A DNA stretch of 28,005 nucleotides from Vicugna vicugna (lineage: Eukaryota): the NCBI GenBank assembly GCA_013265495.1, contig PNXW01005888.1, positions 124,001-152,005 of the forward strand, given 5' to 3'. This document shows, piece after piece, positions 22,086 to 28,005 of this stretch. Position 1 is the first letter of the stretch. Every line of letters starts with the position of its first letter. The notes under the pieces were generated by a model. The model did no database searches, had not been told where the DNA came from, and saw only the letters and a program-made list of their open reading frames with translations. The position numbers were made by a program, and so were the translations under genes.

Positions 22086-22747
22086 GAAAGCAATTGTAAC
22101 ACATTATATAAATTTTTGTTGGGAAGAAATGATTCCTAATTTAGAATGAGGAAGACTCAGATGATGGAGAGAAGTCCATGAGAGAGCTGGATAAAGTAGA
22201 GATTGGCTGATGCCACGTCTTGTGCCTTAGTTCCTGACTCTTCCTTCTTTTGGATTCTGTAACTGGCACCTTGGCTTCTATATACTATGGCTTCTATACT
22301 AAAATGATATGTGTACACATTTTCTTTGACCTCAAAGTTCATTTTTTTTGCCTCTGATTTTAAAGGATACTCAAACATTTTTGTGGGCCCTAAAAATATT
22401 GTGGTATAGCACACTATAAGTCATCCCAAATTCAGATCTCCTGCCTTAATAGCCCATTATGCTTTCCTCTGTGCAATGCTGCCTCCCAGAGCCGGAAGGG
22501 AGTGGAATCAGCTGCCAGCCACAGACTGAGAGACCCAGCAGGAGAACTGGGCCTCTGAGGCAAGGGGGCGCCAGGGAGGTCTTTTCTTCAGCAGGTGGGT
22601 TTTACTGCCAGACTTACTGATGCCTCTTTTGCCAAGGTGTTCCTGAGAGGAAGCTGTTTCCTTCGTCTCCGACAGTGCTCTAGGACGGCCCACATGCTTC
22701 ACTGTAGCCCTGCTTCTCCCTCATCCTTGATTTACCCCCAGGAGAAA

Positions 22748-22915
22748 ATACTTACCTGTTATTGAAGGGCTACTGTACTGAGGACTCTACATGCATTATG
22801 TTATTGGGTCATCACAATATACTTATGAAGGAGGCGATATTATCTCCATCATAGAGGAAGAAATTAACTCAGGGAAGCCAAGAGCTCTTGCCATTGGCAC
22901 CACATGGCTGTGTAC
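22748..22915 (-). mobile_element. MIR SINE, degraded
   Basis: TTATTGAAGGGCTACTGT...TACATGCATTAT...ATCACAAT...TATTATCTCCAT...GAAGAAATTAACTCAG. Confidence 0.55.
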
Positions 22916-23761
22916 TTTCTATACTGGTTTGAGAAACCACACATAACTGCTTCTGCCCTTATCAAACCCCAGTGCCCTCCTTGTGGAAAAAACAATCAGC
23001 CAGCCCGAGAACGCGTGTGCATGCGATGGACCTAGAACTCCCTGTCCACATTGCCCACCCCTAGTTTAGGATGCACCTCTGCTGATCTTTGAAAATCCTG
23101 GCCAGCAAGTTGATGGAAAATGCATGACTCCATCAGGCAATTAGGGGAAGACTTAGGATCAGATTAGGTTCAGACAGTAGGATAGCAGTTCAGTTTCTCA
23201 CCCAGAGTGAGGCAAGACCAGCTGGATGAACCTCAGGTTCCTTTTCTTAGAAGACTCTGTGCTGCCTTAGACCTCTGATATCTCTCTGTCACTGGCGTGT
23301 TTATAAAAAGAGGGACAAGGTTGGAGGTAATCAGCCATCAGACCTCTCAGATCAGGCCTAGACACACACAGAGTGGGTGTGCGAGTTAGAAAAGGGCGCC
23401 CCCTCTGGACGGATTATTTACAAAAAGACACCCTCAGGAGGCGTTTTAAATTTGTAAAACTGTCCTTTCCTCTTGGCTGCAGCGTCTAGTGCTGGGACCC
23501 AGGCTTGGCGTGGGAATAGGGGTTGGAATACATTGCTACTCCCGATTCAGCCTTTCTGCAGGACCTGGGACCCGCCTGAGGGGCCTGTTTCAAGTCAGAG
23601 CTCTCTGTCACCGATTTTCCACAGTTCCTCATACCAGAGTCTCCAGGCTTTCTAGATGACCTCTGTTCTTTTCCACTTTCCAATAGTAGAATCTAGATTG
23701 ACTTCAGAAAGAACATCTTCTGTTTAATCTTTGTGGTATAAACCAAATTGTGCACCTTGAA

Positions 23762-23915
23762 GGTTCAGGCTTGGCCTTAGGCAGATTCCTTAACTTCCAT
23801 AGGCCTCACTCAGTTTTTCCATCTTGAAAATGGGGATAATGAAAACGATCTTGCAGGCCCGTTTCAATGAATAGACAGCACGGAACCCAATGCTGGCACA
23901 TAGTGGGTCTGCAAC
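23762..23915 (+). mobile_element. MIR SINE
   Basis: CTCAGTTTTTCCATCTTGAAAATGGGGATAAT...GCTGGCACATAGTGGG. Confidence 0.7.
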
Positions 23916-24309
23916 ACCATGTGGACTATGGCCCTTGGGTATCTGGGACCTACAGAATACCCACAGTGGGTGCTGTACAAGCAGTCCCCTCAACTCCTAC
24001 GAGCTGGGAGGTGAGGGATCCTGGCCAGTCCTCTCCTCCGGGTTTCTGCAGACACCTCAAACGCAGGCGAGGTGGCGGGGGCCAGGAGGACCGAGGAGCT
24101 CTGCACTGCAGCCACCTGCGCCGAGGCCCCGGCCGAAGGCGCGCTTCCAGGCGCCCCGGGCGCGGCCGACCCCCGGCGGCGGGAGACGTGGGGGTCGGCG
24201 GGGCAGCGGCCCTGCGTGCGAGCGGGCGAGCAAGGAGTTAAGTGGGGCCGGAGGCAGAGCGCCTGTCAGACGCGAGCATGTGCAGTTTGCAGCGCATCCG
24301 TACTATGGG

Positions 24310-24586
24310 TGAGTGCCGCCGCCGCCGCCGCCGGCGGGGGCTCCGTTCGGCCCGGGCAGCGGCGGCCGCAGCCCCCGGACCCCCGCCCCGCCGCGGAAAC
24401 TCGGCGCGGGGGGAGCCCGAGCGCCGGGCGTGGGGGCGGGGAGCAGGCGGCGCAGGAGAGCGCCCCGAGTCCCGGCGCGGGAGGAGGAGCGGGAGCGAGC
24501 CGGGGAGACCGCGCTCCTGGCCGCACCTGCGCCCGGCAGGCTGCCGGCCCTGCCTTGCCCCTGCTCGCGGCCGCGGCCCCGCACCG
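24310..24586 (+). other. Probable non-coding first exon of an unidentified gene
   Basis: Strong donor CCG|GTAGGT (GT at 24587-24588) within the CpG island; GC-rich 5'UTR-like sequence with a GCC repeat; TSS approximate. Confidence 0.55.
24315..24332 (+). repeat. (GCC)6 trinucleotide repeat
   Basis: Directly visible. Confidence 0.95.
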
Positions 24587-27500
24587 GTAGGTGCCCCCGA
24601 TGTCCGCAGAGAGGCCTTTCCGCCGCCGGGGAAGGTGGCCGCGCGGGGCGGGCAGCGCCGAGTGCGGGGGGCGCGGGCGACGGTGCGGTGATGGGGAAGA
24701 TCCGGCTACCCGGCAGCCGGGCGAGGGGCGCAGCCGGATCCCGCTTCCTCTTTGCTTTCGGTTTCAAAGCGGCTGCCTCGGCGAGAGAGCGAGCCGCAGA
24801 TTAGATGGTGCGCTCGGGCTTGGATTCCCTGCGGGGGATGGGCGCACAGGGGGGCGTGTTGGGAAAGGGGTGCAGGTTGGCAACTTTCCCCGCCTGAAAC
24901 AAAGGGGTATCGGGGAGATGTGAGGGGAAGGGGCCAGCCGCGGATCTCCGGCAGCGGAAGGTTGACACCCCCTCTTCCTCCGGGCGGGCGGAGAGCATCC
25001 CCGAAGCCGCCTCGGGAGGGTGGAGGGGGCGTCAGTCTGGGTGGAAGCTAGAGAGCCAGAGCTTGGAAGTGGGAACCACGGATCCTCCTGAGTTTGAGGC
25101 TGAGGACTTTTCTGAAGGGGAGGGAACCGTGCCAGATGAACCCTCTCTCCAGGGTGCATGGAAAAACTAGGTGATGGTGGACTGCACACCTAGGTGTCCT
25201 CTCCTCCCCAGATCCGTGCCCTGGGGCCCAGCCCAGCCCCCTGGCTGCTAGCTTTCCATCTGCCCACCCTTTTCTCCCGTGCACTGTGACAGATGCGGGG
25301 CTGGGATGGGGACCATTACCGCAAGGGCAGGGAGATACTGGCCTCTTTCCCAGGTATCTTCCTTTCTCTCTTTCTGTGCCCAGTCAGAAACTGATCCCCT
25401 TCCTTTCCTTTCCTGGACTATGTCTCCCTCTGTCTCCACAGTCTCCTTGGGGGTATGTTTGTTTGGTTGCCTCAGGTACAGAGCTTAGGGTGGCAGGCTG
25501 TTCTGATGCCACTTCAAGCCCTCCCAGGAGGGAGAGAGCAGGACCCCCGGGAGCTGTGCCAGTGTAACCTTGGGGGCTCTACTCACCAATTCTCCTGCGT
25601 TCTCAGCAGCCAGTAACAAATGAGCTGTTACTCTGGCCTTCAGACTTGGGTCATCAGGAGGCCCGGGTTTTTCTCTTTGCTCTAACCAGGAAGAGAGGTC
25701 AAGGCTAGGGCTGAATGGCCTTCCTTGGGCAGGTGGAGGGGGGAGCAGGATACAGTTTCTTTCTCTCTAGAAAACAAAAGGCGCCAGTTTCCAGGTACCC
25801 ACTCCCCGACCTTATGTCTCCAGGAACAAGGTGCCTCCAGCTCCGAGCCAGCTTGCATGTGACCACTGACTTCCATCCTGTGGCAGGACTGCCCATTGCC
25901 TTTCTTCCTGTTAGAAAGGACGGTCCTTTGAGAGTAGGGGTTTCCCCCTGGTTGCAAGGCAGAGCTACAGCTGCTTGCCTGTGGAGACAGAAGGCACTGG
26001 GTGGTGGTGGGGGCTGGACTGCTGGGTGACTCCTGTCTGTTCCTGTGAATGAATTAATGATATGAGTAGTTAGATCAGAGGTGGGCCTGCCAGGACACCT
26101 TGCCCTCAAGGCATGGAGGGGTGGGCTGAGATGAGGCTTGGCCTCCTCCCCAGGGCTTTATATCTGGGGACAGAAATGAGTAGTAACTGGGCAGATAGTA
26201 GAGGCAGAATCAACTTTTTTTATCTGGTCCTTGGAGGAAAATGACAAGCTAATTTAGTGTTGACTTTGGCTACTTAAAGTTACAGGAGGGAGGGAGCTTC
26301 CAGGACCAGTAAGGGATAGTGGGAGAAAATGAAGTCTCCTGAGCTATAAATCGATATGGTTCTGGAACTTGTGGCTGAAGTCAGATGCAGGCGCTAGGCT
26401 AGAGAGCACCACCAGTCCCACTTTAGGGCCCTTTCCCCTTTAAATAGACAGGGCTGATTATGGCTCAGTCCTCCTTTGGGTTTATCCCAAGCTGCTCTGA
26501 GCTGAGGATAATGGTATGAAGGTCTGACCGCCCCACCTCCACTGGTGAGAGAGGGGCTTTTCGGTTGACTGTTCCTAAGATGGGAACATGATACTCCCTC
26601 TGACTCCCTCTTTTAAAGTGATGAGGCATGAATTTTTACATTTATAAAGTGACTTAAGTGCCTCAGGTTCTTGAATGAAAGATGTTAAATGAGTTAGGCA
26701 GCCTTATACAGTGTTTATTTCCCTCGTATCAGATTCACGTATCGTTTCTAAATGGAAAGGTGTCTTTTTGCAGGAAAGGGCTACATTTCAGCATTTGTCA
26801 TCAGGGAAGCTCAGTGTTGGTTTTAAAAGTGTAGTTTTTAATCAGAAGGGCACTTGGGACAGCGTGCTGGCAGCAGGTGTTTTCTGTCTGCCTTTGCTCT
26901 CCAGATGCCTTACAGCTCCTTCCTAGTAGGATGTTTCCTGGTAGGCAGTGTCACAGCCTGGATGTCAGTGGCAGTCACCCTCTGAGCTCTGAGCAGGGTC
27001 TCTGATGGTGCTGGGGATGCTGATGTTACAGGCTGAGACCTGGGTAGGGGCAGTAAAGTGAAGCTGCACGGCCTTATCATCAGCACCATCAGATCTGGCT
27101 GTCCTTGAGGGAAGGGAAATCTAACCCTGGCACAGCCTGGCTGCTTTCAAACTTGTATCTCTTTACTTTCCTCTGCCCTCCTCCCCTACCCCGGATTTAC
27201 AGACAAGACAGTGTGGGTTTTATTGTATTTTTTTTTTATTCCAGGAACATTCCTTTTAAGATGTGGGTAATTTCTGACTTGGCAAACTCTGAGCTATCCT
27301 TTGTGGCAACACCTGGCTAAGGAGGGAATGTAAGAAGGGAGTCTGATCGTCTGAGCAGGAAGAAACTCAGCCTTGCTGGCCTGGTCTTTGGCTTCCACTC
27401 CATCACCCCCTCTCAGAAATCAGAGACTTTGTATTTAAAAAGTAAAGCGTAAGCTGATTTGGGGGAAGGGCTAGGAGGTGGCATTTTTGACTGTGGTTTC

Positions 27501-28005
27501 CACTGAAGGAAACTTAGTCACACTGAGGGTTAACGCACTGGCTGTGGGATGCGTGAATGTCTGTGTAGAGGAAGTTTTCCTTTCCTAGGATTTAAGAGTG
27601 TTTAGACTTCAGTACCGGAGGAGACACACTGGTTACACTTTTTCGTTGTGTGATAAAGATGCACTGATAGATAGGGTACCCATGGATTTAATTTCAAATG
27701 TACATTTACCTGAGGCTTTGAGCTTGTGGGACGTGCCATGCTGCTGTGAGTCAAGGAGAGGGACGTGGTTTTCACCCCTGCAGCTGACATCCATAGATAG
27801 AACTGAGGCTGGATAAGGAATCTATCACATTCCCAGGTGAAAAGGAGCACCTGCTCCCTTTCCTTTGCTCACATCCTCCCTGCAGGTGTGGACTCCTGCC
27901 CTCCTCTGCCCTAAGTCTGTCATCCATGTTCATTTTAACATCAGTTCCCTTTTAAATGTGGTGGGGTCACAGAATGATACTGGCCCACTACTCCCTCAGA
28001 GGATG

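Larger units (their letters stand above)
24050..25050. promoter_or_regulatory. CpG island, promoter of a plus-strand gene
   Basis: Very high GC and CpG density, GC boxes, (GCC)6, plus-strand splice donors at 24309 and 24587. Confidence 0.9.

Noticed and set aside
22090..22420. Possible DNA-transposon remnant (AT-rich, ends near GGGCCCTAAAAAT)
   Set aside because: Could not assign a family or find terminal repeats by eye
23394..23412. CTCF-like motif (CCAGAGGGGGCGC on the minus strand; also AAGGGGGCGC near 22562)
   Set aside because: Matches only the 3' half of CCASYAGRKGGCRS; the 5' half is out of register
23867..25189. Overlapping ORFs across the right CpG island
   Set aside because: Same GC-composition artefact; only the short ATG-to-donor frame is kept as a hypothesis
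1..28005. Prokaryotic-type systems (CRISPR arrays, operons, defence islands) or a named host gene
   Set aside because: The sequence is clearly mammalian with no regular repeat-spacer array; no coding exon allowed confident gene identification

Overview
Mammalian (eutherian) genomic DNA, most likely camelid. The lineage call rests on a tRNA-Ala-derived SINE and an L1 3' UTR that resemble camelid elements as I remember them; no database search was run. The window holds two CpG-island promoters about 17 kb apart that appear to face away from each other. One drives a minus-strand gene with a non-coding first exon at ~6775-6990 (intron running off the left edge). The other drives a plus-strand gene with a first exon at ~24310-24586 (intron running to the right). 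I could not identify either gene and found no convincing host protein-coding exon; the only recognisable protein remnant is a broken L1 ORF2 C-terminus. The rest is intronic or intergenic sequence rich in old repeats (MIR, L2, L1ME/MC, MER5A, MADE2, MLT1) and two younger L1 copies. The best observations are structural: an L1 nested inside a SINE, a diverged ~110-bp local duplication inserted in a MIR, and a 14-bp TSD-flanked orphan poly(A) insertion. I found no evidence for a new biological system. Repeat family names and boundaries are by-eye approximations.
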